Position numbers and translations under genes: made by a program. The notes under the pieces are model-generated. The model made no database searches. It was not told the origin of the DNA and worked only from the letters and a program-made list of their open reading frames with translations. Below, piece by piece: positions 1 through 11,123 of a DNA stretch of 64,000 nt. How positions within the stretch are numbered: the stretch's first letter is position 1; each line of letters begins with the position of its first letter. The DNA is taken from the IMG/VR virus record IMGVR_UViG_3300047499_000113, positions 124,001 through 188,000 of that record. One strand, given 5' to 3'.

Positions 1-3000
1 CTCCCGGAGAGCCTTGTGGTCCGATCGGACCCGTAGGTCCGGTTGCACCCGTGACCCCAGGAGAGCCTTGCGACCCGACCGGGCCGGTAGCACCTGTTGG
101 TCCTATGTCACCAGTCGGTCCTTGAGGACCCGTGGCCCCTGTGACGCCAGGTGAGCCCTGCTCACCTTGGGGTCCAGTTGGACCCGTGGCTCCAGTGACT
201 CCATCAGCACCGGTAGCCCCTTGCGGACCGGTTGCACCCGTCGGCCCGATATCGCCAGTCGGACCTTGAGGACCTGTAGCGCCAGTAACTCCAGGAGATC
301 CCTGATCGCCTTGCGGACCGGTTGCACCCGTGACGCCGGGAGAACCTTGCGGCCCGATGGGGCCTGTAGCACCGGTGACGCCAGGTGAGCCCTGCGGTCC
401 TGTGGCGCCGGTTGCTCCGTCAGCTCCCGTTGCTCCTTGCGGCCCAGTTGCCCCGGTAACACCCGGTGAGCCTTGAGGACCTGTTGCTCCTGTAACGCCA
501 TCTACTCCGGTGGCTCCTTGAGGCCCGGTAGCACCGGTTGGGCCAATTTCTCCAGTTGGACCCTGCGGCCCAGTGGCGCCAGTCACCCCCGGTGAGCCCT
601 GATCGCCTTGCGGACCTGTCGGTCCAGTGGTGCCTGTCACACCATCGGCGCCAGTGGCTCCTTGTGGTCCGGTAGCGCCCGTGACTCCAGGAGACCCTTG
701 TTCACCTTGCGGGCCGGTCGCGCCCGTAGCACCGTCCGCTCCGGTCGCTCCTCGAGGACCGGTGGCGCCAGTCACACCATCAAAGCCAGTAGCACCCTGC
801 GGACCAGTCGCTCCGGTAACTCCCGGGCTGCCCTGATCGCCTTGCGTACCAGTTGCTCCCGTGGGCCCAATGTCTCCCGTGGGCCCTTGCGGTCCAGTCG
901 CTCCTGTAACGCCCGGCGAACCCTGCGGACCGAAGTCTCCAGTCGGGCCCTGAGGCCCGGTGGCTCCAGTTACACCATCTGCACCGGTCGGGCCCTGCGG
1001 ACCTGTGGCGCCCGTGGGACCGATATCGCCAGTTGGACCTTGTGGGCCGGTGGCTCCAGTGACTCCGGGTGACCCCTGCTCCCCTTGAGGCCCTGTCGCG
1101 CCCGTGACTCCATCAGCGCCCGTAGGACCCTGAGGACCAGTTGCTCCAGTCGGTCCAACATCACCAGTAGGACCCTGGGGACCTGTCGCGCCCGTAACTC
1201 CGGGTGAACCCTGATCACCTTGTGGACCCGTAGCACCCGTGACGCCATCAACTCCGGTAGCCCCTTGAGGTCCGGTGGCGCCGGTAACTCCATCGACACC
1301 TGTCGCGCCCTGAGGGCCTGTCGCCCCGGTAACGCCCGGCGAGCCTTGGTCTCCTTGCGGGCCGGTGGCTCCAGTAACTCCTGGGCTACCTTGATCGCCC
1401 TGCGGGCCCGTGGGACCGGTCGCGCCTGTGACACCGTCATTGCCCTGTGGTCCAGTGGCGCCCGTGGGTCCGATGTCACCAGTAGGCCCTTGAGGTCCTG
1501 TCGCGCCCGTAACTCCAGGAGATCCCTGGTCTCCCTGAGGACCCGTAGCGCCGGTCGCGCCATCAGGTCCAGTTGCACCCGTAAAGCCATCGGCACCAGT
1601 CGGTCCCTGTGGGCCAGTAGCTCCGGTGACTCCATCGGCACCCGTAGCCCCTTGTGGGCCGGTGGCTCCGGTGATACCCGGCGAGCCTTGATCACCTTGA
1701 GGCCCAGTTGGACCGGTGGCACCCGTGGCTCCGTCTGGACCCGTGGCTCCTGTGACTCCTGGAGATCCTTGATCGCCCTGGGGTCCAGTCGCTCCCGTAA
1801 CTCCGGGGGAACCCTGCGGTCCAGTCGCTCCTGTGGGACCAATATCACCAGTTGGTCCTTGGGGTCCTGTGGAGCCAGTAACCCCATCAGCTCCCGTCGC
1901 ACCTTGCGGTCCAGTTGCTCCGGTGACTCCGGGTGAACCTTGATCGCCTTGCGGACCTGTCGGACCGGTTGCCCCATCAGGTCCTGTGGCTCCCGTCACT
2001 CCCGGAGATCCCTGCTCACCCTGAGGGCCGGTCGCTCCCGTGACGCCATCGTTCCCCTGTGGACCGGTCGCTCCGGTCACACCAGGAGAGCCCTGATCGC
2101 CATGAGGCCCGGTGGCGCCCGTGATGCCTGGCGAGCCTTGAGGTCCTGTAGCGCCAGTTGGCCCTATATCGCCTGTCGGGCCATGCGGTCCAGTTGCACC
2201 CGTAACCCCCGGACTACCCTGATCGCCTTGAGGCCCTGTCGGACCGGTCGCGCCTGTAACTCCATCGGGGCCAGTGGCTCCGGTTGGACCGATATCACCG
2301 GTTGGACCTTGAGGACCCGTAGCGCCGGTCACACCTGGCGAGCCCTGATCGCCCTGTGGACCCGTGGCACCGGTCACGCCGTCCGGACCGGTGGCGCCCG
2401 TGACTCCATCGGCACCCGTTGGGCCTTCAGGCCCTGTGGCGCCAGTAACGCCATCAACTCCGGTGGCGCCCGTGACTCCAGGCGATCCTTGATCACCCTG
2501 CGGCCCAGTCGCACCGGTGACTCCATCAACACCAGTTGCGCCTTGTGGGCCAGTAGCGCCGGTGGGCCCAATATCACCAGTCGGACCCTGCGGTCCAGTT
2601 GCACCCGTAACACCATCGGCACCCGTGGAGCCCTGAGGTCCTGTAGAGCCGGTGACTCCATCTGCTCCTGTCGGACCTTGGGGTCCAGTTGCACCTGTGA
2701 GCCCAGGGCTGCCTTGGTCCCCCTGCGGCCCGGTCGGTCCCGTGGCTCCAGTCGGACCGACATCACCGGTTGGTCCTTGAGGTCCGGTTGCGCCCGTGAC
2801 TCCTGGCGAACCCTGATCACCTTGTGGGCCGGTGGCTCCGGTAACACCGTCAGCTCCAGTTGCACCTTGAGGTCCGGTAGCGCCCGTGACTCCGTCAACA
2901 CCAGTCGGTCCCTGCGGACCTGTTGCACCAGTAACCCCAGGAGAGCCCTGATCACCTTGTGGGCCAGTCGGTCCAGTGGCGCCTGTGACTCCGTCCGATC

Positions 3001-5935
3001 CTGTCGGACCTTGTGGACCAGTTGCACCAGTGACACCATCATTGCCTTGAGGTCCAGTAGCGCCCGTGACGCCCGGCGATCCCTGATCTCCTTGCGGACC
3101 CGTGGGGCCGGTGGCTCCGGTAACACCGTCATTTCCTTGCGGCCCGGTGGCGCCAGTAACGCCGGGGCTGCCCTGATCTCCTTGCGGACCCGTTGCACCA
3201 GTAACCCCGGGAGAGCCCTGATCGCCTTGAGGCCCGGTGGCTCCAGTCGGACCTACGTCGCCGGTCGGTCCCTGCGGTCCGGTAGCCCCTGTGACACCGT
3301 CCGCACCAGTTACTCCTGGGGAACCTTGGTCACCTTGTGGGCCCGTTGCGCCAGTGACGCCAGGAGAACCCTGATCGCCTTGAGGCCCGGTGGCTCCAGT
3401 CGGACCTTGCGGGCCCGTAGATCCTGTGACCCCACCTTGCCCTGTGGCGCCTTGAGGTCCAGTGGCGCCTGTAACGCCAGGAGAACCCTGAGGTCCGGTC
3501 GCTCCGGTGACCCCAGGAGACCCCTGATCCCCTTGAGGCCCGGTCGGTCCGGTGGAACCTTCTGGACCAGTTGCACCAGTGACTCCGTCAGCTCCCGTAG
3601 CCCCTTGAGGTCCGGTCGCGCCGGTAGGCCCGATACCACCCGTAGGACCTTGAGGCCCGGTTGCACCTTCAGGACCAGTGGCCCCGGTGACTCCATCCGG
3701 ACCTGTGGCTCCAGTGACTCCAGGACTGCCTTGGTCGCCTTGCGGACCTGTGGAGCCGGTAACACCATCAGGACCTGTCGCTCCTGTGGCTCCGTCAGCT
3801 CCCGTGGCGCCTTGAGGACCTGTCGCTCCAGTGACCCCAGGCGATCCCAGATCACCTTGGGGGCCAGTAGGACCGGTGGCGCCCTGTGGCCCAGTGGCGC
3901 CCGTTACGCCATCCGCGCCCGTAACTCCTTGCGGTCCGGTAGCGCCGGTGACACCTGGACTTCCCTGATCTCCCTGAGGTCCGGTCGGCCCTGTAAATCC
4001 AATTTCTCCGGTTGGTCCTTGGGGACCAGTAGCTCCAGTGACACCCGGTGAGCCTTGTGGACCGGTCGTGCCAGTAACACCATCAGGACCCGTGGCGCCT
4101 TGTGGGCCCGTCGCTCCAATAGGACCGATGGCGCCCGTAGGACCCTGAGGCCCTGTCGCTCCGGTCACTCCAGGTGAACCCTGTTCGCCTTGAGGCCCAG
4201 TGGCTCCGGTCTCTCCTTGTGGACCAGTTGCACCTTGAGGCCCAGTCGGACCCGTGGCGCCAGTAACGGTTTGGCCTTGGGGTCCTGTCGCTCCGGTAAC
4301 TCCCGGCGATCCTTGCTCGCCTGCAGGACCAGTCGGGCCAGTTGCACCCGTAACACCGTCTGCGCCCGTGGCACCTTGAGGACCAGTAGGACCGGTGGCG
4401 CCCTGAGGACCGGTTGCACCGGTGACTCCCGGGGATCCCTGCGCACCGATAGGACCAGTCGGGCCAGTTTCACCCTGAGGCCCAGTCGGGCCAGTTTCAC
4501 CCTGAGGCCCAGTAGCTCCCGTGCTTCCAATCGGACCGGTCGCTCCCTGCGGACCAGTGGACCCCGTCACGCCAGGAGAGCCCTGAGGCCCAGTGGCGCC
4601 CGTGGGTCCGGTCGCACCCTGCGGACCGGTGGCTCCAGTTACTCCCGGGGATCCCTGTGGTCCGATTGCACCAGTTGGACCGGTGGACCCAGTGACTCCG
4701 GGAGAACCTTGAGGGCCAATCGGACCTGTAGGCCCGGTCTGTCCCTGAGAACCTGTGGGTCCGACAGATCCGGTGGGTCCAATGCTGCCAGTCGGACCCG
4801 TGGGGCCGGTGGCACCTTGAGGGCCAGTTTCACCTTGTGGACCCGTCGGTCCAGTGGGTCCCGTGTAACCGGGCCCAGTAGCGCCCTGCGGCCCAGTCGT
4901 CCCCTGCGGCCCAGTCGGACCCGTCGCGCCAGTAACTCCGTCCTGCCCAGTCGCGCCCTGAGGACCTGTCGCTCCTTGCGGACCGGTCTCTCCTTGCGCG
5001 CCAGTCGGTCCAGTGGGGCCAGTATAGCCAGGGCCCGTCGCGCCTTGCGGACCGGTCTCTCCTTGCGGTCCCGTGGGCCCGGTCGCGCCCGTGGTGCCGA
5101 CAGGTCCGGTCGGCCCAGTCGGTCCGATCTGACCTGTGGGACCTTGCGGTCCGGGAAGTCCAGTCGCGCCTCGAGGGCCAGGAGTGCCTTGGATGCCCTG
5201 CTGCCCCTGAGCGCCAGTCGCGCCGGCGGGACCCGTGGGTCCTGTTGCGCCTGTGACGCCGTCGATTCCCTGCGGCCCAGTCGAACCCTGCGGACCGGTA
5301 GACCCTTGGGATCCCGTGGGTCCAGCGACACCAGTTGGCCCGACCTGCCCAGTCGGACCCTGAGGACCCGTAGCGCCCTGCGGACCGGTCGCCCCTGTGA
5401 CCCCGGGCGAGCCCCGCGGCCCAGTCGAACCCGTGGGTCCTTGCGGACCAGTCGCTCCTTGCGGACCAGTTTCGCCCTGGGGACCGGTGGGCCCGACTGC
5501 TCCCGTGGGGCCGGTGGCACCTTGCGGGCCGGTCGTTCCGGTGACGCCGGCGGAGCCTTGCTCACCCGCCGGGCCAGTGGGACCAACTGCGCCCGTAGGA
5601 CCTTGCGGGCCGGTCGCTCCTTCAGGACCAGTCGCTCCCGTAGCACCTGGCTCACCAGCCGGACCAGTCGGTCCTGTCGCGCCAACGCCAGTCGGACCCG
5701 CAGGACCAGTTGCGCCCTGAGGACCGATGTCGCCTGTCGGACCAGCTTGTCCAGTAGGCCCTTGCGGACCGATTTGACCAGTGGGACCCGCGGGACCGGT
5801 CGCGCCCTGCGGACCGATAGGACCCGTCGCGCCAGTCCCTCCCTCGGGCCCAGTAGGACCCAACGGACCGGTGGCTCCCGTGGGGCCAGCCGGACCAGTC
5901 TGGAGGTGTCGGCCGCGAGGGTTCTCAATGCCCAT
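1..5935 (-). CDS. Giant collagen-like (Gly-X-Y) fibre protein, truncated by the left window edge (>1,978 aa)
   Basis: ATG at 5935 ([24 protein letters not shown]...), 4 nt after the stop of the upstream ORF. The same frame still reads GPQGSPG at positions 22-2. This frame is missing from the ORF track, consistent with no stop before the edge. Repeats include [17 protein letters not shown] and GPTGDIG. Confidence 0.93.
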   Translation of the reverse strand, partial: MGIENPRGRHLQTGPAGPTGATGPLGPTGPEGGTGATGPIGPQGATGPAGPTGQIGPQGPTGQAGPTGDIGPQGATGPAGPTGVGATGPTGPAGEPGATGATGPEGATGPQGPTGAVGPTGPAGEQGSAGVTGTTGPQGATGPTGAVGPTGPQGETGPQGATGPQGPTGSTGPRGSPGVTGATGPQGATGPQGPTGQVGPTGVAGPTGSQGSTGPQGSTGPQGIDGVTGATGPTGPAGATGAQGQQGIQGTPGPRGATGLPGPQGPTGQIGPTGPTGPVGTTGATGPTGPQGETGPQGATGPGYTGPTGPTGAQGETGPQGATGPQGATGQDGVTGATGPTGPQGTTGPQGATGPGYTGPTGPTGPQGETGPQGATGPTGPTGSIGPTGSVGPTGSQGQTGPTGPIGPQGSPGVTGSTGPTGAIGPQGSPGVTGATGPQGATGPTGATGPQGSPGVTGSTGPQGATGPIGSTGATGPQGETGPTGPQGETGPTGPIGAQGSPGVTGATGPQGATGPTGPQGATGADGVTGATGPTGPAGEQGSPGVTGATGPQGQTVTGATGPTGPQGATGPQGETGATGPQGEQGSPGVTGATGPQGPTGAIGPIGATGPQGATGPDGVTGTTGPQGSPGVTGATGPQGPTGEIGFTGPTGPQGDQGSPGVTGATGPQGVTGADGVTGATGPQGATGPTGPQGDLGSPGVTGATGPQGATGADGATGATGPDGVTGSTGPQGDQGSPGVTGATGPDGVTGATGPEGATGPQGPTGGIGPTGATGPQGATGADGVTGATGPEGSTGPTGPQGDQGSPGVTGATGPQGSPGVTGATGPQGATGQGGVTGSTGPQGPTGATGPQGDQGSPGVTGATGPQGDQGSPGVTGADGVTGATGPQGPTGDVGPTGATGPQGDQGSPGVTGATGPQGDQGSPGVTGATGPQGNDGVTGATGPTGPQGDQGSPGVTGATGPQGNDGVTGATGPQGPTGSDGVTGATGPTGPQGDQGSPGVTGATGPQGPTGVDGVTGATGPQGATGADGVTGATGPQGDQGSPGVTGATGPQGPTGDVGPTGATGPTGPQGDQGSPGLTGATGPQGPTGADGVTGSTGPQGSTGADGVTGATGPQGPTGDIGPTGATGPQGATGVDGVTGATGPQGDQGSPGVTGATGVDGVTGATGPEGPTGADGVTGATGPDGVTGATGPQGDQGSPGVTGATGPQGPTGDIGPTGATGPDGVTGATGPTGPQGDQGSPGVTGATGPHGPTGDIGPTGATGPQGSPGITGATGPHGDQGSPGVTGATGPQGNDGVTGATGPQGEQGSPGVTGATGPDGATGPTGPQGDQGSPGVTGATGPQGATGADGVTGSTGPQGPTGDIGPTGATGPQGSPGVTGATGPQGDQGSPGVTGATGPDGATGATGPTGPQGDQGSPGITGATGPQGATGADGVTGATGPQGPTGADGFTGATGPDGATGATGPQGDQGSPGVTGATGPQGPTGDIGPTGATGPQGNDGVTGATGPTGPQGDQGSPGVTGATGPQGDQGSPGVTGATGPQGATGVDGVTGATGPQGATGVDGVTGATGPQGDQGSPGVTGATGPQGPTGDVGPTGATGPQGPTGADGVTGATGPQGEQGSPGVTGATGPQGPTGDIGPTGATGPQGPTGADGVTGATGPQGPTGDFGPQGSPGVTGATGPQGPTGDIGPTGATGTQGDQGSPGVTGATGPQGATGFDGVTGATGPRGATGADGATGATGPQGEQGSPGVTGATGPQGATGADGVTGTTGPTGPQGDQGSPGVTGATGPQGPTGEIGPTGATGPQGATGVDGVTGATGPQGSPGVTGATGPQGATGADGATGATGPQGSPGVTGATGPIGPQGSPGVTGATGPQGDQGSPGVTGATGPQGPTGDIGPTGATGPQGATGADGVTGATGPTGPQGEQGSPGVTGATGPQGPTGDIGPTGATGPVGSQGSPGVTGATGPTGPIGPQGSPG

Positions 5936-5939
5936 CGGC

Positions 5940-7223
5940 CTACTCGCTTGATGCTGTGAGCGTAATCCCTATGGTCCCGGGTGCTCCCGGCACTCCACCT
6001 TCAGCCGCAACCAGCCTCACAGTCGTGGCGCCGCCTGGAACGACTGCCTCGATCATGAAGGTGATGGCCGCGCTCGAGGCAGGTATCGGTCCTTCTAGGT
6101 CCTGCAGGTACGTGTTTTGGAGTGAGAACGGCTGCTGCGGTGTGAAGTCCAGATCGATGAGCGTCGATTGAGCCTCGTCGGTCCCGTTGCCCCAGCGCAG
6201 CTGCAGCAGCGCGTAACCGCCCGGAGCGCCGTAAGAATAGGTCACATAGAAACAAATCTTCTTGATGCAGTCCGGGATGATGTATGGGGGCTGGTTGGTG
6301 AAGTTCCCGGACGGCGGCAAGCCCTGCGTCAGCAGGTGGATAGTGCGAGGCACCTCCACTTCGCAGCAGGACTTGGGCGGGCAGGGAGGCGTCGGCACAA
6401 CAGGAGGCGGAATAAATGGCGCACACGGAATCGGACTGCACCCGCCGCTGCCGCATGCTCCCGGACACGGCTCGCAGGTGGCAGCGTAGACGATCCTCGA
6501 GAAGAGTGGCCGAGTGGGCGTTGGGCAGTTCTGCAAGAACAGCGAGCTTTCGCACAGAACCGGCACGACGACCGAGTATGGAGCGCCAAGGTCCACGACG
6601 CTGAAACCAGCCCGCGCAGACTTCATCGGTGTCGATTGATCAGCCTGCCACTCCCACAAGCAGATGTAGTTGCCGCTGCAGAGCGAGACGAAGTATGGAG
6701 CGTAGTAGGCCCCCGTCGCGCTGCACATCGCCGGCGTGCGCGGATGGAGGCAGTTGCCGACAGTGTCGAGGATAGTGAAGAAAACCGCGAACGCGCTCTG
6801 CGGGAACCCGCTCTGGTTTTTCAGATAGAGCGTCAGGTCTTTCGGGCCGAGCGCTTGCCCGGACAGGAACGTGAACTGTCCTTGCGCCGGAATGTCGTTT
6901 GGTTGCAGTCGGCAGCGCTCATAGTCTGCCGGGTCAACGACGAAGATGAAATCCGTGTGGCATACGGTCGGGCCACCGAATTCCTGCATCACCTCCCAAA
7001 CGACTTTGTAGTTGCCGTTGGGGACGTTGGTGAACCAAGGAGCGTAGTAGCGACCAGTGCTTTGACGGATCGCCGGCAAACCGCGGCCAGAAACCTGCTG
7101 CCCGTCTCTTGCGTAGACGGTCCATTTGACTGAGGCGGCATCTTGAGCGTATCCGTTCGAGTTACTGAGGAATAACTGAAGATCGCCTCTCGACAGATTG
7201 CTTCGGACGAGAAAGGCCGCCAT
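5940..7223 (-). CDS. Probable virion/fibre-associated protein with two internal repeat domains and a Cys/Pro-rich linker
   Basis: 427-aa ORF. Duplicated unit DLxLxLxNxxG...TGxYYAPxF...GNYxxxWE, then linker CEPCPGACG...PPCPPKSCC. Directly upstream of the collagen gene. Confidence 0.6.
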   Translation of the reverse strand: MAAFLVRSNLSRGDLQLFLSNSNGYAQDAASVKWTVYARDGQQVSGRGLPAIRQSTGRYYAPWFTNVPNGNYKVVWEVMQEFGGPTVCHTDFIFVVDPADYERCRLQPNDIPAQGQFTFLSGQALGPKDLTLYLKNQSGFPQSAFAVFFTILDTVGNCLHPRTPAMCSATGAYYAPYFVSLCSGNYICLWEWQADQSTPMKSARAGFSVVDLGAPYSVVVPVLCESSLFLQNCPTPTRPLFSRIVYAATCEPCPGACGSGGCSPIPCAPFIPPPVVPTPPCPPKSCCEVEVPRTIHLLTQGLPPSGNFTNQPPYIIPDCIKKICFYVTYSYGAPGGYALLQLRWGNGTDEAQSTLIDLDFTPQQPFSLQNTYLQDLEGPIPASSAAITFMIEAVVPGGATTVRLVAAEGGVPGAPGTIGITLTASSE

Positions 7224-7229
7224 TTACAC

Positions 7230-7619
7230 TCATGGTTGGGGGACGAAGGTGGCATTCAGTTCATTCGAAGCCGGCCCTGGCCTGGCCGGCGTCACATCGT
7301 AGGACAGAATGACCTCCTCCCCGAGAGTCGCCTCACGGAAGATGAGACGCCAGAAGCCAATGCGATCCGGGAAGAACCGCACAGAGTAGTAACCAGGTGA
7401 TCCGGCGATCTCGTTGAAATAGATCGTTCCCGCAGAGACGCCCGAGTCGGCAACATTGCTACCGTCCGCCAGAGGCCAGGGAATTGCTGTGTTGTCCGCG
7501 AAAACGGCGAGTCCGAGCGATGTGTAGCTCTCTCCCGTCACACGGTTGATGCTGCCATTGGGCATGTAGAGATCAATCTGATCACGGATCAGCTGACCTG
7601 CGGGCACTTGCCTGGCCAT
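7230..7619 (-). CDS. Probable structural protein (small beta-rich domain)
   Basis: 129 aa. GYYSVRFFPDRIGFWRL resembles the YYAP...GNY..W repeat of the downstream gene. Co-oriented in the fibre operon. Confidence 0.55.
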   Translation of the reverse strand: MARQVPAGQLIRDQIDLYMPNGSINRVTGESYTSLGLAVFADNTAIPWPLADGSNVADSGVSAGTIYFNEIAGSPGYYSVRFFPDRIGFWRLIFREATLGEEVILSYDVTPARPGPASNELNATFVPQP

Positions 7620-7669
7620 ACCTGGAGCAGGTATTGGAGCCCTAGAGTGCCTATGTTGTAGTCTCTGCG

Positions 7670-8059
7670 GTGGACCTCGAGAAGAAACTCGAAGCCCTAC
7701 GCTCTCAGTTGGCCCAGGCCGCGCAGGCTGTCGTTGACGAGTGGGAGCAGGACGAAGAGGGCATGGACGAAGAACTTGGAGGCGGTGGCGTTTGCGACCG
7801 TGTGTCCGAGGCCATGCAAGGAGTGGTGGCCGACCAGCTCGAGGGAGTGGAATTCACCGAGGGCGGCCAACCCGGCGACGACCACGCATACTTCATCGTG
7901 TACGACGAGGACGAAGCATTCGCTGTCGACATCCCGCCAAGCGTCTACGAGACTGGCGGAGGCTACAGCTGGAAGAAGCGGCAGGACGCGCAGATCGAAC
8001 CGTCAGACGTCGTCTTCTCCGAGGTCGAGCGAGATTTGGTCGCTGACTGGGAAGACTAG
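7670..8059 (+). CDS. Hypothetical acidic protein
   Basis: 129-aa ORF filling the gap. TAGTCT -10-like box 5 nt before the GTG. Confidence 0.7.
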   Translation: MDLEKKLEALRSQLAQAAQAVVDEWEQDEEGMDEELGGGGVCDRVSEAMQGVVADQLEGVEFTEGGQPGDDHAYFIVYDEDEAFAVDIPPSVYETGGGYSWKKRQDAQIEPSDVVFSEVERDLVADWED

Positions 8060-8298
8060 GGATCGAAGCAGAGCTGCTTCATGTCCATGACGTTCTTCGC
8101 GTATTCACTGGCTTTCACCAAAGCCTTGCCCGAGTAGTAGTCTTCCCTCAACTGTTTGAGGGAACCGCCCGGGTTGGTGAACACGAAGAAAACGCGAGCC
8201 CCCTGCTTGCGCCTATTCTGCATGTGGCATCCAGCCAGCTTCAGATACGCGGCCAAGTAGATGTCGTGGGTCTCAAACTTCTCTTCAAGTTCCGGCAT
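8056..8298 (-). CDS. DUF5659-like small phage protein
   Basis: N-terminal FETHDIYLAAYLKLAG and RVFFVF match the TxDxYLAAYL pattern recalled for DUF5659. Confidence 0.65.
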   Translation of the reverse strand: MPELEEKFETHDIYLAAYLKLAGCHMQNRRKQGARVFFVFTNPGGSLKQLREDYYSGKALVKASEYAKNVMDMKQLCFDP

Positions 8299-8363
8299 TT
8301 GGGTCTCAGTATGCGTCTGCGTTTCCGCACACTCTACTGAGTGAAGGGTCCCAAATGCACAGA

Positions 8364-8392
8364 CGCCCTCGCTGGAGGAGACAGCGAGGGCG
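8364..8392 (-). terminator. Stem-loop downstream of the 8404-9672 gene (putative terminator)
   Basis: 11-bp perfect inverted repeat cgccctcgctg/cagcgagggcg just after the stop. Only a weak U-tract on the minus strand. Confidence 0.5.
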
Positions 8393-8403
8393 CCGGATGC
8401 CGC

Positions 8404-9672
8404 TTACAGCGTGTAAGCGGTGTGCCCGTCGTCTTCGGTGATGAAGACCGCCGGACCTGCAGCGTAACCGAGGCGAGCCGTCGCGCCCTCGTTCGCGCCG
8501 AAGGGCGACTGGTACGGGGTTTGGGCCGGGTAACCGGGCTGGAAGTAGGACGCCGAGAGCAGCGAGAGCTTGCCCTTGGCGAACGACAGGAGCACCGGAC
8601 CCGTCTCGATGAGCTGCGGCGCGATGGCGTTCTGGATGGCCGTCGCGAGCGCGAGGAACGCACCGCTCGGCGTCGAGGCCGAGTAGCCCGTCATGTTCGC
8701 GAAGGTCGACAGGGCGCCGATCTGCGAATACGAGATGTTGAAGGACAGCGTCTCCTCGGTCCAGCCGAGCGCCGTATCCACCAGCGCCGCCGGGTTGTAG
8801 ATGACAACCGACGTTGGCGAGATGTACTGGACGATCTGCCACGTGCCGTCGTTGGAGGCGTGAGTGCCGCCCGTCAGCACCAGGTAGTGCAGCGTCGAGT
8901 TGGCCGTCATGCCCGTGAGGCCCGTGATGACCGCGGTGCCGTTGGTGCCGACCGAAGCCACGGCTGCAGCGGCGCCAGTTTGGCCCGCGATGGCCGTGAA
9001 CTGGTAGACGCCGGCGTTGGCCGAGGTGCCGATGAGCGACGAGGTGCCCGCCGCACCATTCGCCACGGGCAGACCGGACAGAGCCGACGTCGAAACGCCG
9101 AGAGCTGTCGCGAGCGTGCCGCCGAGGTGCATGTACGCGGTCGGACCCGAGTTGAGCGCGCTGACGAAGGGCGCCGGAGGCTGCGGCGACACACCCAGCG
9201 GCGGCTGAGGAACGCCGGCGTACGTCGAGGAGAACGACGCCGTCACGCTGGCGCCTGGCGCCACCGTGTTGATGCCGATCTGGCCCGAGTGCGGATCCGT
9301 GGAACCCTGCACGATCGCCGTCAGCGACTGCGCGAGCCCGTTGGCCGCGAACGCCGCGTTGAGGGCCACGGCCAGCTGCGCCGCCGTGTACGTCCCCGTC
9401 GCGATCGTCATGGTGATCGTGGGACCGCCAGACTGCACGATGGCCGTCAGGGTGTTGTTGGCACCCGTGAGCGTCAGCGGAAACGTGGCGCTGTTGCCCG
9501 GGTTGCTCAGGAACGCGTACTGATTCAGTACGCTGGTGAGCGTGGTGTTCGAGGGGAACTCGAAGTACCGGCTCTGTCCCGGCGGTTGCGAGGAGAAGTT
9601 CCTCTGCGAGGTATTCTCCACGTCGTCGAGGTAGATCCTCGAGAGGTCTTGGCGGATGAGTCCAACGCGCAT
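8404..9672 (-). CDS. Probable virion structural protein (Ala/Thr/Gly-rich, beta-rich)
   Basis: 422 aa, strong GC3 codon bias, GAGGAG RBS, composition typical of tail/fibre proteins. Confidence 0.6.
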   Translation of the reverse strand: MRVGLIRQDLSRIYLDDVENTSQRNFSSQPPGQSRYFEFPSNTTLTSVLNQYAFLSNPGNSATFPLTLTGANNTLTAIVQSGGPTITMTIATGTYTAAQLAVALNAAFAANGLAQSLTAIVQGSTDPHSGQIGINTVAPGASVTASFSSTYAGVPQPPLGVSPQPPAPFVSALNSGPTAYMHLGGTLATALGVSTSALSGLPVANGAAGTSSLIGTSANAGVYQFTAIAGQTGAAAAVASVGTNGTAVITGLTGMTANSTLHYLVLTGGTHASNDGTWQIVQYISPTSVVIYNPAALVDTALGWTEETLSFNISYSQIGALSTFANMTGYSASTPSGAFLALATAIQNAIAPQLIETGPVLLSFAKGKLSLLSASYFQPGYPAQTPYQSPFGANEGATARLGYAAGPAVFITEDDGHTAYTL

Positions 9673-9716
9673 TGTCTTCTCCTCAAACTCCTGTGCTCAT
9701 CAAAGCGTGAAGATGC

Positions 9717-10316
9717 TCAGGTCACCGTGAACACGTTGCTGAGCTTCGAATTGCTCTGGACCTGAACCATCCAGCCCGCCACGACTGGCCCACCCGTCAC
9801 CAGTGTGTTCGGCAGGACGATCGATGCGGCTGCGATGGTGCCGCCGCCTCCAGTGATGGCGGTGTCCTTGATCGTCTGCTTGGCACCGCTGAGGTTCGTC
9901 AGGATGACGTAGGTGTGGTCCGGCGTGAGCGACAGGAACGTCGCACCCGAGGCAGGACCCGAAATCGTGGTGTCGCCCACCGGCGTGTTGTGCACAGCGC
10001 CCGTGATCGAAGGACCGGCCGAAAGTCCGCCAGCGTGGGTGAAGAAGCTGACGTAGCCTTTCGCGGCGAGCTTGGTGATCACTCCGTGCGGAAGCTGCGA
10101 CTGGAGCCTGACCTCGTCCGATGGAACGAGGTCGAGATAGCCCGGCACAGTCGGATCGATGGGGTTGACGTACGGGACATAGACCGCCTGCTTCGGCGTC
10201 TGCGCGTACGTGAGATCGGTCTCGAACTGGCCCGAGGTCCGGTCGATCTTGTCGAGCAGGATGTCTCGCGGCAGCACCTGCGAGTTGATGACCCTGACGT
10301 ATGCCGGCGTTTGCAT
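9717..10316 (-). CDS. Probable virion structural protein
   Basis: 199 aa, AGGAG RBS, Thr/Gly/Val-rich C-terminal half, putative late motif upstream. Confidence 0.6.
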   Translation of the reverse strand: MQTPAYVRVINSQVLPRDILLDKIDRTSGQFETDLTYAQTPKQAVYVPYVNPIDPTVPGYLDLVPSDEVRLQSQLPHGVITKLAAKGYVSFFTHAGGLSAGPSITGAVHNTPVGDTTISGPASGATFLSLTPDHTYVILTNLSGAKQTIKDTAITGGGGTIAAASIVLPNTLVTGGPVVAGWMVQVQSNSKLSNVFTVT

Positions 10317-10354
10317 GCCTGTCTCCTACTTGACTGAAGTCGATAAAAGCTGCA

Positions 10355-11098
10355 TCAGTGCATCGGGTCGTTTCGCTGGGAGCCGATGAAGTTGAAGGGA
10401 ACCGAGGCGCCATTGCCACGAACGAAGAGTTGCGACACAGCCGGGTAAGTCGTCACCAGGTTCACGAAATCGCTCGAAAGTGTGGGGACTTGGAACTCCG
10501 GGCCCGTAGGCTCGAATGCCACGTACAGGATCGCACCGCCGTTGTTCTGGATCTGGACGTTGTTGACCTGGCAAGGCAGCTGGATCTCGAGTGAGCCGGA
10601 AAGAGCCCCCGCGTTCGGAGCACTTCCGCTGAGAAGGATCGGTCGATTGGGTGCAATTGGATACGGCAAGATAAGCATCCCGGACTCGGCCGTATTGGTC
10701 GTGCCGTCCAGATTGACCTGCTGAACGCGAAGCCAGAACGGCGTGGAGTCGCTCACACCCACGGTCGAGAAAACCGTGTTGACTTTGCCGCCTGTCATAT
10801 AGTCGGTCGGAGCGAACCTGAATCGCGTCAGATACGGCTGTCGACTCTGACTGAACTGCTCAGAGTCGCCCATGATGTTCTGCATGCCCTGCACGCTCGG
10901 CGAGGCATAGCCACCAGACACGGGCATGTTCTGGAACGTCGTGTATGCCCCATCGAAATTGGCAGCAACCTGAAAGTTGTACGAGGCCGCGTTCGCACGC
11001 GACTCCGGACTGGTCGGGGTCGTGGCATTCGGGCCCGACGTCAAGTTGATGTCGACCAGATTCGGGCGACGCCTATAGAGCGACAGATACCGTGCCAT
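10355..11098 (-). CDS. Probable virion structural protein
   Basis: 247 aa, co-oriented in the structural cluster, putative late motif upstream. Confidence 0.55.
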   Translation of the reverse strand: MARYLSLYRRRPNLVDINLTSGPNATTPTSPESRANAASYNFQVAANFDGAYTTFQNMPVSGGYASPSVQGMQNIMGDSEQFSQSRQPYLTRFRFAPTDYMTGGKVNTVFSTVGVSDSTPFWLRVQQVNLDGTTNTAESGMLILPYPIAPNRPILLSGSAPNAGALSGSLEIQLPCQVNNVQIQNNGGAILYVAFEPTGPEFQVPTLSSDFVNLVTTYPAVSQLFVRGNGASVPFNFIGSQRNDPMH

Positions 11099-11123
11099 CG
11101 CTCGGATGAGCGATAAAAAGCCG

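Noticed and set aside
1-5900. Repeat region as a CRISPR array or non-coding satellite
   Set aside because: It has 9-nt codon periodicity with third-position variation and no constant repeat with unique spacers, so it is coding.
103-5959. Many long ORF-track entries on both strands (e.g. 1940-4051 +, 4190-5959 +, 4639-5928 -)
   Set aside because: Shadow frames of the periodic GC-rich collagen gene, with Arg/Ser/Leu-rich nonsense composition.
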